Of a DNA stretch of 64,000 nt, positions 23,881 to 36,183 are shown in pieces. Where the stretch lies: assembly GCA_951406725.2 (NCBI GenBank), contig OX597829.1:37014001-37078000 (forward strand), written 5' to 3'. Source of the stretch: Octopus vulgaris. Its lineage: Eukaryota. Both the position numbers and the translations under genes were made by a program. Position 1 is the stretch's first letter, and the number at the start of each line of letters is the position of its first letter. The notes under the pieces are model-generated. The model made no database searches and had not been told where the DNA came from. It saw only the letters and a list, made by a program, of their open reading frames with translations.

Positions 23881-26800
23881 TTTTTAATGTACATTGCTCT
23901 ATATATAAAGTGCACTCAATACTGAATTTGTGAAGCATGGAAGAACTTAAAGATATACCAATTTTACCATTTCCTTCCAAGGACACATATTTATTATCAT
24001 TACCTCAGAAAACAAATACTTAATTAAAGGAATGAGATGGAAGGCATTCTTTTATGACAACAAAGGAACAATAAATGACCAAAGGAATAATACTTATGGA
24101 CTTAAATCATATACAAACCCTCCACATAATCCGCTATTAATAGACTTTGAAAATGCTATTTTAGAAATGATAAAATCCATAAAATTCTCTACATTTATAC
24201 CAAATATCAAAAAAATCTTACCAAGATAGTCAACAAAATTATAAAATCACCTAATATACATGTTTTCTCTGATAAAACAGGAAATCTATATTCTATTACT
24301 CCTACTAAATACCAAGAATTTATACATAAGGAATTATGCAAATCTTATAAAATTACTAATCCATCAAGTTTAGAAATGATAAATAAAGAACATTCTACAA
24401 TTATGTGTAAATGAGACATTGAAGACTGCACAGAAATATATACTCCAAATGCACCACACTTTAATCTGTAAGACCATAAATTAGATTTTAATATTAATCC
24501 TACTATTAGACCAATTTGTCCAACTAAATCGGACTTTGGAAGGATAAGTAAGAATATTTTAGATAGAATTATACCTGTATTAAAGAAAAAACTCAACCAT
24601 AACCTATGGTTCAGTACAGGAGAAGTAATATCTTGGTTCCATTTACTACCTAATAAGACAAACTTACCATTTTTACAATTTGACATTAACAAATATTATG
24701 CATCTATATCACCAACTATATTAAATAAAGCTATAATTTTAGCCAAAAATAATACTAACATTACACCATTGGAAATTGATATTATTCTATTAGATAGAAA
24801 AACACTCATTAAATTCAATGACAAATTACGGTGCCGATCTGGTAATAATAGTTTATTTAATTTATTTGATATTACAATGGGATCATCCAATTCGGTACAA
24901 ATCACAGACCTAGTAGGACTATATTTATTATATGAGACTAAACACTACTTTCCATCTTTGATTGGAGGATTATATAAAGATGATGCACTCCTAGTCTATA
25001 ATGGTAGATCCAAAAGAAATATAGGAAAAATGAGAGGAACTACAAAAATTTTATTAAAATTTTGGTTTATTTATCACATTTGAGGAAAGTTATTCTAAAG
25101 CTAATTTTTTAGACGTAATCTTAGACCTTAATAATTCAGCCTACTCTCCATTTCATAAACCTAATGAATATCTTAAATATATAAATATTAATTCAAATCA
25201 TCATAGATCATTACTTAAAATTATCGTAAATAGTATATCTACTAGAATATTTGACCTATCTTATAATGAAGAAATTTTTAATAATCATGCTAATTATTAC
25301 AATCATGCTTTAGCTGCTAGTGGATTCAAACAAAATATTAAATACATAAAGGATACTAAACTAAAAATTTACATAACACAAATGGAATTAAACAAAAATA
25401 CATGTGATACTAAAATAAGAAATAAAGATAACCTTAACTATAACAATAATATGCAATTAATACAAAATGAAGAAACTTCTACACAACACAATAAAAAAAA
25501 AACTAGAAAAAATAATGATAGGCAAAGAACTAAATATAATAATAACAATAAATACTCAATGAAAAATATACAAATCCTAAAACCAATATATAAACGTAAT
25601 AAACTACCCAATAGGAGTGCAAAGAGATAAATTATTTGGTACGCACCTCCATTTTCATTAAATGTTAAGGGTTTAGCAAAAAGGTTTTTTAATATAGTTA
25701 AAATAAGTTTTCCTAGGAATTATAAATATCATCACATATTTAACAGATCATCAATTAAAATATCCTTCTCTACAACAGCAAACATAGGATCTGTTATCGC
25801 CTATTCTAATAAAAGAAAAATTAACAAATATAAAAACAGCTGTAATAATAATAACAATAATAAGATAAGAAATAGTAATAGGAGTATATGTAATACTCAA
25901 AATACTGGAACACCTAACAATAATATTGATATAAAAAAACCAAAGCAAAATTCTAACCACAATACATGTGAAAATAGACAAAATGCCTCAGATAATATAA
26001 TACCTCAAGCTAATAAAAATAAAAATAATAATTCACAGACAATAAATATATCTAACTCTACGATAAATAATGCTAAAATAAATTCAACAATAATACCATA
26101 CACCACAAATAACCATCACAATAGTAGACACTATTCATCTGAACAGAAATATGAAAATAAGAACTGCTCATGTAAAAATTAAAAAAATTATGCCCTTTAA
26201 AAGGCAATTGTAGAAGATTTAACGTAATATACAAATGCATAGTTACATTAATTAATAATTCACATAGTATGGTATATATAAGTAGTTCTGTTAATTTTAA
26301 ACAAAGATTTTTAGCACATATACACTCCTTTAAGCCAAATATAGCTACCAATACGACGTCATTAGCTACATATATACATAAACTTAAGAAAAACAAAGTT
26401 AACTATAAATTAGATTGGTCAATAATAGATTCAGCCACACCATACACACATAAATCTAAAAGTTGCCATCTCTGTATGAAAGAATCACTGTATATATTAT
26501 TATATAAACATAAGAACTTAATAAATTGTCAATCAGAAGCACTTTCAACATGTAGGCATAGTTTTTATAAAACCTTTAAATATTATAGGAGATCTAATAA
26601 ATATTTAGATTAATGACTATATATATAGATTTTTCTTTTTTGTGATATCAAAATATAGGGTGATACTTACAAATAGATTGATAGATAAATTAATTAGAAT
26701 TATTTGACTATATGCAAATTTACAAACATAAATTATACATTAAATAAAGATTGAATAGATATTCTTGGAATTAGAACCCATGTACATCTAATCTATAACA

Positions 26801-26993
26801 AATGGACAGTTATAATTGCATTAAATTTTAAAATCTAAAAACTTTAATTGGCATCTTCCAATTATAAAAATATTTTGACCAATTTATAATTTTATAACTT
26901 CACATATAATTTAAAATATAATTTTATTTTATATTATTTAAGTCTATGAACTATATTTGGAATACAAGACAATACACTGAATTTTATACATAA

Positions 26994-28421
26994 CTAGCAC
27001 TAAGACCCAGCGTTGCCGGGTCTAGTGCTAGTGCTTGTTGTTCATTGCTGGGTCACAGTAAATATTTTTCACTAAATCAAGAGCGAAGTTTTTTATCACA
27101 TTTCAGCCCAAGCCAGTTTTGTTGTCTATGAGCTAGCTGGAACTTTTTATGAGTAATTAATATTCATTGGACTTCGGTTTTCACACCTGGAACGGTATAA
27201 TCATGGAAAATTAGTGGGACTGTGCACATGCCATTAGTTGGACAAAAAAGGAGGCAGAAGAAAGCAAAAAACTTGAATTGGTCGCAAAATAGCATGATTT
27301 TGAAAATACACATAAATCTCGTTTGTTGAGTTTTGGTTTCACACCCAACCCAGTTCTGCGCAATCAGTGTCGCGATGGGAAGACATGGGTTGGGAGTTTG
27401 ACTGGCAGAGGTGATCAAGTTGCACATGCCAGCCCTTTTAACACCAACCGCCCCTCACCTAATCCCCTCGTCCTATGAGTGAATAGCAATAGGGGGGAAG
27501 AAAAGTGCTGATTTTGGCAAAAAGGCAGAGCAATTAGAGCCCAAAAAACAGCATTCAAAGTGATTTTATGAGTATGACACATTGAAGCAATTAATGCAGT
27601 AAGGTCAATAGTTATAAGTTCATGATGCATAGAAGTACGTAAGACATCAAGTTCAACTAAGGTATTAATAATAGGTATGCCTTTGTGCCAGAAGGCTAAT
27701 TGGGCTCCTGATCCACTGAAACAGATGAGGTTAGGTTCAGAACACAACTAAGCCTTCAACTAAAACCTAGACTAACCTTACGGGAGGGGGCTCGGGAGCC
27801 TCTAATAGGCAAATTCTAATCCCGATTTATCACTAACCCATCCTAGGGGTTCTAAATGACATGGCTGTAGAGGAAATTGGCTGTGGAGATGTGCATGGCG
27901 GGTTTGTTTTGGAGGAGGATGACTGCATTGGATTAAGGACCATTGAAGAATGTAGTTTTGGAGATCCTAACTCGTTAATTATTCCCTGCATTTCTCAAAT
28001 AAAAAAAGCATGCATGTTTGAAAGCCAAAACATGTGATAACACATCCTCACAAAACACACTGCAAATGCTCATGCGCATTCAACTGTTAAGGGTAAAATG
28101 ACCTCCGTCCAATCAAAAAACAGCTGGCAGTCTACTGGCATATCTAGCTGTACACACGCACGGCATACAAATTTCTATGTTCTAGTGATTTTGAATGAAT
28201 ATGCCCATAACTTAAAAAATCGATAAACTGACACCATAAAGGGTCGGTTTTTTTTGTTTTGTTTTTTTAATGGCTTTCTGGGGTGACTGGGGAAGTGAAA
28301 AGATCTTCACAACCACCCTCAGACAGTTTTGAAAGCCCATACGAGCCTTTTACGTGAAAAACTGTGGATGTGTATAAAGGACACACAAACACAGACATTT
28401 CGCCATTTATAGACATAGAGA
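26994..28421 (-). mobile_element. Non-autonomous Helitron, complete (1428 bp)
   Basis: Minus strand 5' TCTCTATG..., 3' hairpin GACCCGGCAACGCTGGGTC then CTAG; inserted between A and T without TSD; empty-site equivalent in the duplicated repeat near 28730. Confidence 0.88.
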
Positions 28422-28933
28422 TTATTATGGATTGCTACAGAAGAGTTACCAAGGAGACATAAGAAGTTCAAGATTCTCATACTAAAGTGTATTTACCAAA
28501 ATCAAAAGCAGTAATTTTTAATTTATATTTCAAACAAACACCGTTTTCCCATATATTATATTTTTTAAAAAAAACCTATCATTCATGAAATTATACAAAT
28601 TTCACATTTGATATTACTGAAGAGAAGAAGAGTTATCTATAAATGCTTATCAATATAGGATTCCATTATTCTATATTATCTAAGTCTGTGAACTATATGT
28701 AGAATACAAGACAGTATAATGGATTTTACACATAAATATTATGGATTATTACAGAATACTAACCTAGGAAGTATATATGGATTTAAAGACTCTCATACTA
28801 AAGTGTACTTACCAAAATCAAAAGCAGTAATTTTTAATTTATATTTCAAACAAACACCATTTTATATAGTATTACTTCAAATTTAAAAAAAAAAACTACC
28901 ATTCAATATATTATATACAAAATTCAAATTTTA

Positions 28934-29026
28934 TATCTCTGAAGAGCAGAAGAGTTGTCTATAAATGCTTATCAATATAAGATTTCCATTATAGGGACAG
29001 CAATTCTGTGAAACGATCATAAGATG
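28934..29026 (+). ncRNA. Type I hammerhead ribozyme in the Penelope 3' repeat
   Basis: TATCT-CTGAAGA-GCAGAA..TTGTC-TATAA...TTATA..GACAG..TTCTGT-GAAA-CGATCA-TA-AGATG; CGATCA is one substitution from palindromic CGATCG; truncated 5' half at 28617. Confidence 0.8.
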
Positions 29027-29134
29027 CTTTAAGAACTTAATTCAAATCTTTTAAACTGTCATATACTTTATATATTTATACTTATACATATTTACATATA
29101 TTTTTATACATAAAATTCTTAAAAATCCTTAAAA

Positions 29135-29838
29135 TTGTTTCAGCCCGAAGGCTGCGGCCATGCTGGGGCACCACCACTGAATGAGCTACACTAATATGTG
29201 AATCCACCTCTGATACGTGGCACTTGGTCAACAAGGGAGTTCGATGCCACTGCCTGCATCTGTGTCTCCTGTCGTGAGGTAGGTTCATCTGGGACCCCTG
29301 ACAAGAAGAGATCCAGTTTAGTTTTAAAGAAACCCACATCCACACCATGCAAGTCTCTCAGGCATTTAGGGAGGATGTTAAAGAGCTGTGGTCCTCTGAA
29401 ACCCAAGTTGTTGCAGTATCTGGTCCTGTATTTTGATGGTGATGTTGGAATCTTTGGCACCATGCAGTGGCGCCCCGTTCTGCAGTTGGGGTAACTTTGA
29501 ATGCCAAAGTTTGAGACAAGACCCTCCAGGATTTTCCAGATGTATATCACCGCATATCTCTCCCGCCTTCGCTCTAGGGAGAAGAGTTTTAATACTTTCA
29601 GTCTTTCCCAGTAGCTGATATGTTGCATTGAGACGATCTTCTTTGTGTAGCTTCTTTGAATTGCTTTGAGTTCTGCTGTTAGTTTTATATTGTGTGGTGA
29701 CCATAGTTGGGAGCAGTAGTCCAAGCAGCTGAGGACGAAAGTTTTCCACAGGACCATCAGTGTCTCCTTCTCTCTTGTTCTGAAAGTTTGGAGAATCCAT
29801 CCAGCTAGCCGTCTGCATTTTATCACCAAATTAGTAAT
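29135..29838 (-). mobile_element. CR1-like LINE 3' fragment (related to 16532-18240)
   Basis: ORF 29191-29829: LDYCSQLWSP, YWERLKVLKLFSLERRRERY, VPDEP; shared 3' tail CAGCATGGCCGCAG..CTGAAAC. Confidence 0.93.
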
Positions 29839-30097
29839 ATTATTTATATTATTTATATTTTTAATATATTTATATTTTTAATATAACAATTATTTTACAC
29901 ATGTATATATCTTTCTGAAGAATTTTCTAATATTGATTTCCTGATATTAATAATAATATATTATAAAATATATAATAATTGCTTGTATTAAATATATAAA
30001 TACTTTAATAGTATTAATACTTTGATACAATAGAGCACTCAATATAAATTCAGTGTATAATATTGTCATTGAATATATTTAGCTAAAGATATATATA

Positions 30098-31739
30098 CTA
30101 GCAGAAATGCCCGCCGATGCTCGGGGCTGAATTGCTTGAAAGTACTGTTAATGATTGCACTGAATTATGATGATTATTCAGGCAAATATTGATATAAATT
30201 TACGGCGAATGAATGTATTTGTAAGTGTATAGAAAGCCGTGTAAAGGGGTACCTACCTCCTCGTAGAATGGTGTAAGAATTGAATGCAAGGTTGCCTTGA
30301 AAAGAGCCATGTTATTGTTCTCATAATTGTAAGAATTTGATAGTCGTGGATGGCGGTGTAAAATGTTCGCAGGTGAATAGGGTCTCTTCGTTTTCCACGA
30401 ACGGCAGCGGATGTGCTGTTACAAAACTTCATGCTGTGTTAAAAGAGAATGGATGCCCTATGTAGGCAAAGTGTTCCCAACAGTTATTAGTTGTAGTGGT
30501 AGAGTGTTTATGCCGAATATGTACGTATGCATGTATATATATGTATGTATGCCTGTATATATGTACAAAATCCACTGAGAAGGCTTTTGTTGGTCTGAAG
30601 TTACAGCAGAAGACACATGCCAAGTCACCACACAGTGGGACTGAACCCAGGACCATGTGTTTGGAACGTAGTTTGTTACCACACAGCCACACCTGCCCCT
30701 ATGTGTGTGTGCGTGCGTATGTGTGTATGGGTAGATATATTATGTATATATATATGTGTATATATATGTATGTGTACATATTACATGTACATCTATATAT
30801 ATAAATCTACACATAAAATACAAAATACAAAGTTATATCTTGATATCGCTAGTGATAACAATACTCAAAATATATACCAGACTGGAATTGTAGGCCCGTC
30901 TCTTGCAATTTTGATCAATTGGATCTTGTCCTCCCTCTTGTATAGAAGTGTACGGCTGCAGCGAAATTCATTTTTGGACTTTCTTCTATCGAAGGCATTT
31001 TAACAAAAATGCTTCCGTAAAGACGGTGAAAATATTGTCAATTTCCCCAAACAGGGACACGATTCAATTTTTAAACAATAACCAAAGCCTCTTCTCCGAA
31101 AGGGGGAGGGTTACGGTTTACAATTATTTAACAAATGCAACACAACAACGTTTCCCTGATGAGGAACCCACAAACATGATTACAATAGTCAAACAGTAAT
31201 AATAATAACAAACCTTTTTAATTTATCCCCATTTATGTGAAACCACTTATTCAAGTTCAAGTCATTGATGCAATTTTATACAAATTGCTAATACTCACAC
31301 ACACACATAATAAGGGTGAAAAATTGAATATTAATTTGATTAATATGAATTGAAAACCAGTGGTGTAGCATATAAGACCATAGCAGATCTTCCTCTAGCA
31401 AAAAGGATGACCAGTATTAATGGCTCATCCCTTTTATATAAATACTTTCACTTTAATTGTTGCACACTTGCAAAGAAAAAGGAGGAGAAAGTGTAGTGGT
31501 AATGGAAGGAGTGAAGCACTTGAAACGAGAGAGGCAAATCGTAAAATATTGAGTTTTCTCAAATTTTTGCTTAATTGGGGGTCAAATTGAAAAAACTTTA
31601 CATGCCATGACCCAATCAAATCTACTTGGAAAAATCATAGGTAAATTCCAATTGAAGAAATTCTATATTGTAGAATTGTATTAAAAAGAAACATGGGAAC
31701 AGGCAGAGAAAATCTGCCTTTTATCATAAGAGATATAGA
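30098..31739 (-). mobile_element. Probable non-autonomous Helitron with nested insertions
   Basis: CTAG plus GC hairpin (GCCCGCCGATGCTCGGGGC) at 30098-30127; TCTATATCTCTTATGATAAAAGGCAG 5'-like end at 31739; pairing of the two ends is inferred. Confidence 0.55.
30560..30698 (-). mobile_element. SINE family A, 5' part
   Basis: CACAGTGGGACTGAACCCAGGACCATGTG...ACCACACAGCCAC. Confidence 0.8.
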
Positions 31740-31829
31740 TTCAGATGAATATGGTACTTAAGTTAAAGGCACCAGAATTCAAAATGGGGTGGTTATAATC
31801 AAAATAAGCAACAAGGATATCCAGAGGTA

Positions 31830-31918
31830 ATGCAGTACGATCGTTTCATGCGACTCCATTCAATTGAACAATGCAAACATTACATCAATTTAAAATGTCG
31901 AGCAATCTTCAGCTGCAT
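31830..31918 (-). ncRNA. Type I hammerhead ribozyme
   Basis: Minus strand: ATGCAG-CTGAAGA-TTGC-TCGAC...GTC-GCAT-GAAA-CGATCG-TA-CTGCAT; perfect 6-bp stem I, palindromic stem III; U-U at the first position of stem II. Confidence 0.85.
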
Positions 31919-32053
31919 AAAAATATAGAATTTAGTTAAATTCGAAGGAATTATTTGTATAATTTTCTTTTTATCCAAAATCACCAAGAGGATAAGAAGA
32001 TAGACAAAGAACATGTTTTATCAACAACATCACAGTTGTAACAACTGTGATGT

Positions 32054-32134
32054 TGCATTGTTCAATTAAATGGAGTCGCATGAAACGATCGTATTGCATT
32101 ACCTCTGGATATCCTTGTTGCTTGTTTTGATTAT
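32054..32134 (+). repeat. Inverted copy of 31794-31875 (3' half of the hammerhead)
   Basis: TGCATTGTTCAATT.AATGGAGTCGCATGAAACGATCGTA.TGCATTACCTCTGGATATCCTTGTTGCTT.TTTTGATTATA. Confidence 0.9.
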
Positions 32135-32198
32135 ATACACACACACACACACACACATATATGTGATGCTTGTATGTATTTATCTATGTATATATATA

Positions 32199-32253
<55 letters not shown>

Positions 32254-32435
32254 AAGTTCAAATAAAGATTACAAGCCTCATTAAGGGATAGTAAAATCAA
32301 TGAAAATACTGGTTAGTTACCTGTACAGAGAATGTTGAACATTACAATTAATATTCAACTGTGAGGTAACTATACAAACTGTAGTTTATATTTATTTCAA
32401 TAAGAAAATAGAGAGGCAATAAATTATTATATATA

Positions 32436-32477
<42 letters not shown>

Positions 32478-32482
<5 letters not shown>

Positions 32483-32708
32483 TCTTTACTACCCACAAGG
32501 GGCTAAACACAGAGGGGACAAACAAGGAAAGACAAACGGATTAAGTCGATTACATCGACCCCAGTGGGTAACTGGTATTTATTTAATCGACCCCGAAAGG
32601 ATGAAAGGCAAAGTCGACCTCGGCGGAATTTGAACTCAGGACGTAACGGCAGACGAAATACGGCTACGCATTTCGCCCGGCGTGCTAACGTTTCTGCCAG
32701 CTCGCCGC

Positions 32709-32709
<1 letters not shown>
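32478..32709 (-). mobile_element. tRNA-derived SINE family B, full length and CpG-rich (young)
   Basis: Minus strand GGCGGCGAGCTGGCAGAAACGTTAG...GAGTTCAAATTCCGCC (B-box) ...GTAAAGAAATA, inside a (TA)n tract. Confidence 0.92.
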
Positions 32710-32759
<50 letters not shown>

Positions 32760-32763
32760 TACA

Positions 32764-32947
32764 CACTGTATTTTAAAGTGTATAAGGAACTCTTTTTTGT
32801 CAAAAATTAGGTTAAAAAAATATGGGAGTTTCTTATACATGGATAGTATTATAATCCCTTATCAAACTGTTTTTTCCAATTTTTAAGTCCCCAAAATTAA
32901 GGTGTTCTTTATGCTCAAGGGTTCCTTTTACATGTAAAAATACGGTG
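32764..32947. mobile_element. MITE, pogo/Tigger-like termini
   Basis: CACTGTATTTT...AAAATACGGTG imperfect TIRs, 184 bp. Confidence 0.5.
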
Positions 32948-32959
32948 TATATATCTATA

Positions 32960-33036
32960 TATATATATGAGTGTATGTATATATATAAATGTTTTGTATG
33001 AGTATATATACATATATGAGTGTGTATATATGTGTG

Positions 33037-33076
<40 letters not shown>

Positions 33077-33141
33077 TGTATGTATATATATAAATGTTTT
33101 GTATGAGTATATATACATATATGAGTGTGTATATATGTGTG

Positions 33142-33181
<40 letters not shown>

Positions 33182-33232
33182 GAGTGTATGTATATATATA
33201 AATGTTTTGTATGAGTATATATACATATATGA

Positions 33233-33277
<45 letters not shown>

Positions 33278-33280
33278 TGT
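32960..33280. repeat. About 106-bp minisatellite built on (TA)n, 3 copies
   Basis: ATGAGTGTATGTATATATATAAATGTTTTGTATGAG repeated three times. Confidence 0.9.
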
Positions 33281-33294
33281 GTTTGTGTATAGGT

Positions 33295-33663
33295 ATTCTT
33301 TTAATTGTTTCAGTCATTTAACTGTGGGCATGCTGGAGCACCGCCTTTACTCGAACAAATTCACTGCAGGACTTATCTTTGTAAGCCTAGTACTTATTCT
33401 ATCGGTCTCTTTTGCCGAACTCTAAGTTATGGGGACATAAACATACCAGCATTGGCTGTCAAGCGATGGTGGGGCACAAACACAGGCACATAAACATATG
33501 CATATATCTACTATGAGCTTCTTTCAGTTTCCTTCTACGAAATTCACTCACAAGGCTATGGTCAGCCTGAGACTATAGCAGAAGGCACTTGTCCAAGGTG
33601 CCACACAGTGGGACTGAACCTGAAACCATATTTTTAAGAAGCAAGCTTCTTACCACACAGCCA
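33295..33663 (-). mobile_element. SINE family A
   Basis: Reverse complement of 10687-11070 along its length. Confidence 0.9.
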
Positions 33664-34094
33664 TATATATATATATGTGTGTGTGTGTGTGTTTTAAAAT
33701 TATATCTCTTCATTCATTTTTACCTTAATAAACATGCTTTCTCCATCAAGGTGATGCGTGACCTTGTTTCCCTATAATATCTCTATTCACATCTAGATGT
33801 CCCTCGTGATAAATTTATATTGTGTTGCAAATAGAATTATGAGCCATCATTGTATATTGACTATAGAAAATAGTCCAGTATGAGGCAATGAAATCCCCCA
33901 TAACAGAAGAAAACTGAAATTAGTATGCACAATGTAGCACCCACATTTATTTTCACAATAAGTGTACTGACTGATTACACCTACATATCAACCCTTTTTT
34001 CTGTTAAATTTCAAAACACAATTTCATTGTGGTAGTTATGTAAATATGTGTGAATTTTGTGTTTATTTAGAAAAGGCAATGAGTAAAATTTGCT

Positions 34095-34600
34095 CTGAGA
34101 GGACAAGCTTGATTTTTCCCAAGTAAAGAAATAGAAATATCAAGACTTAGTCAATGAGGCTCTGTCAAGGGATGGCATGCAACCTCATTCCCCATTGAAA
34201 TAGGTGGCTTTCCATTTAAATCAGTGTCCTGTTTCTTGCAGAAGATAGGTCTGGAACTCATACAACCAAAGAAAGCCATCAAAGAAATAGGCATGGCAGC
34301 TGAAATTTGCTTAACCCTTTAGCATTTAGACCAACCATATCCAGCCAAAATATTCTACTTGCTTTATGTTCAAACTGGCCAGATCTAGCCTCTCACACTT
34401 GTCATACAATGTAATTCTAAAACTAAATAATCACATCATTGAAATCTCGAAACTATGAGACAATGTAGAATTAATTCAAAACAATGTGAATAAATAAGCA
34501 TTACATTTGACAGGGTAATCTGAACATGAAAGGATTAAGCTGGCTATGGTTAAGAGACTGTAAGTGGAAGGTTTCCATCGGTGAAGACTAGTTCCATCCC
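34095..34600 (+). mobile_element. HERO/NeSL-like non-LTR element C-terminal restriction-like endonuclease fragment
   Basis: Manual translation with one frameshift: KK*KYQDLVNEALSR/GWHATSFPIEIGGF...SVSCFLQKIGL...KKAIKEIGMAAEICL[MITE removed]SWLWLR. Confidence 0.7.
34315..34534. mobile_element. piggyBac-derived MITE
   Basis: TTAA|CCCTTTAG...TGAAAGGA|TTAA; right end is the reverse complement of the left end of 19678-21340; removal restores the host reading frame. Confidence 0.8.
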
Positions 34601-35319
34601 TTCAGTCCACACAGGCAAAGTATAGAGCCTAAAGAGGAAAATGCTTGTGTCTGAGATACCTGCTGACAATATGGAAGGGTTTCCAGCATTGCAATGATTT
34701 AAGAAGAGTTTTTGCAAAACTCCTGAATAGCTTCTGCACTTTCTGCTTGGGGCAAAGCATCTCTGATGTCTGTTTCACTTACGAGTCTTCAATGTATTAT
34801 GGTGTATAAGTCTCTGTAATGGAAAAAAATGGGGCATTAGTATGTGTGAGAATTGCATATACAGTGTATCTCCTAATATTAGACTACTTTTCTATAGTTA
34901 ATATGGTGAAGGACTGTAATTCTATTTATTGAATTTCAATTGCTGCCATTTCTAATTCACACAGAATTACATATGTTTACATATTTACTTCTGTGAAATC
35001 AAAGTTCCTAAATTTAACCTAAAAAAAAAAAGGTGATTATGTTGATGTAATCAACCAGCGCACTTATTGCGAAAATAAGGTGTGGGTTTGATTCCTATGC
35101 TCATTTTTTCCACTAATATTAGGTTATTTTTTATAGTCAGTATATATGGTGAAGGCACATAATTCTATTTACAATATTTCATTTGTTGCTGCTTCTTAAT
35201 TTATGCTGAATATGCACTTGTATTCTGTTGTTTGTTTGACTGGTATTTTCATAGTTTCCATGTTTTTTTTTAAGTGTTATTTCTAGCTGATTGATTAATC
35301 ATGTATCTCTCTACCTAGG

Positions 35320-35680
35320 TCATCCCATAGGATGCCCCTTTTAAGAGTTTTGCTTGCACATACTATAGGAGTCACAGGGTGCTGCTCCATGTGGTCCCAC
35401 AGTTTCCATCTAACTAGGAATATTAAGGTCTCATCCATTGATATGTATTCAAGATCCTCTGCATGACATCCTGCTAGTTCAAAGCTAGGAATCTGATCTG
35501 TTAGGTCCTACCGATAACTCAATCCATGCCCTGCTGCCGATGCTTTGATTTATTGTTGTTAAGGTTTTGTCTGTTTCCTACCCTTCAACCTGTCTGGTCT
35601 GGTAAAACCTGTCTGAAGATTCCTCTCCCTCCAGCATAGCTCTCTTGATCAATGGAGCACACGGGCACTTCACTGTTGAA
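35320..35680 (-). mobile_element. Old RTE-like endonuclease-region fragment
   Basis: Minus strand encodes TDQIPSFELAGC/IEDLEYISMDETL..VRWKL, resembling the RTE N-terminus (DI..LQEVRW). Confidence 0.4.
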
Positions 35681-36183
35681 TTGGCCGTTGACTACACAGT
35701 AGCTCTTCTGCCCTTTGACATCTCTTATTTTTCATCTCGCAGGTGTCCAACAATCACCCTCCTTACCAAGCAAGCTTGATGGGGTTGCCAGTTTAGTTGC
35801 CATGCAACAGGTTGTACTGGGTTACATGTTACCAATGGCGTTCAAGAGCAGCCTGACATCATGTAGATGTTTCTCTCTATCATCTTTCATGAAGGTTCCA
35901 TTAGTAGTTGACTGTTTTCTTAAATATTCTTTTGTGACCCTCTCTAGCAAGTGTTGTGGCTGTTTTGTTCGCAATGTTCACACCCTTTCCCTCCATCCAC
36001 CACCTGTACAGGAAATCTTTCTTCTGTTCCCACCACCTACACTAAATCTTTTTTTTTCTTGCCTTCCTTCATCCCCTCCCTCTGATCCTTTTCAGCTATA
36101 TCAAAATCCTATTAAATGATAGTAACATTAAGGGCGTAACAAATACCATGACTTTGAAAACTTATATAAATTAAGGATATGTA

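Larger units (their letters stand above)
23940..29060 (+). mobile_element. Near full-length Penelope-like element (RT + GIY-YIG) with partially tandem 3' repeat; Helitron inserted
   Basis: MRWKAFF, DKTGNLY, KDHK...IRPICPTKS, FDI..YY, TMGS, GGLYKDD, FLDV, FNRSSIKISFS, CSC..CPLKGNC, VIYKC...VYIS, C..C..E; many stops. About 317-bp partial tandem at 28473/28790 carrying a hammerhead. Confidence 0.93.
33820..35200. repeat. Long imperfect inverted repeat (arms about 33820-34065 and 34955-35200)
   Basis: e.g. TTATTTTCACAATAAGTG / CACTTATTGCGAAAATAA; AAATAGAATTATG / CATAATTCTATTT. Confidence 0.7.

Noticed and set aside
31150-31200. CTGATGAG motif (also CTGATGA at about 13418 and 53087; CTGAAGA at about 6870 and 29914)
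   Set aside because: No matching stem II/GAAA/stem III arrangement found nearby
32620-32709. tRNA-like sequences with A/B boxes (also 10687, 15148)
   Set aside because: Heads of multi-copy SINEs; no clean cloverleaf and followed by SINE bodies
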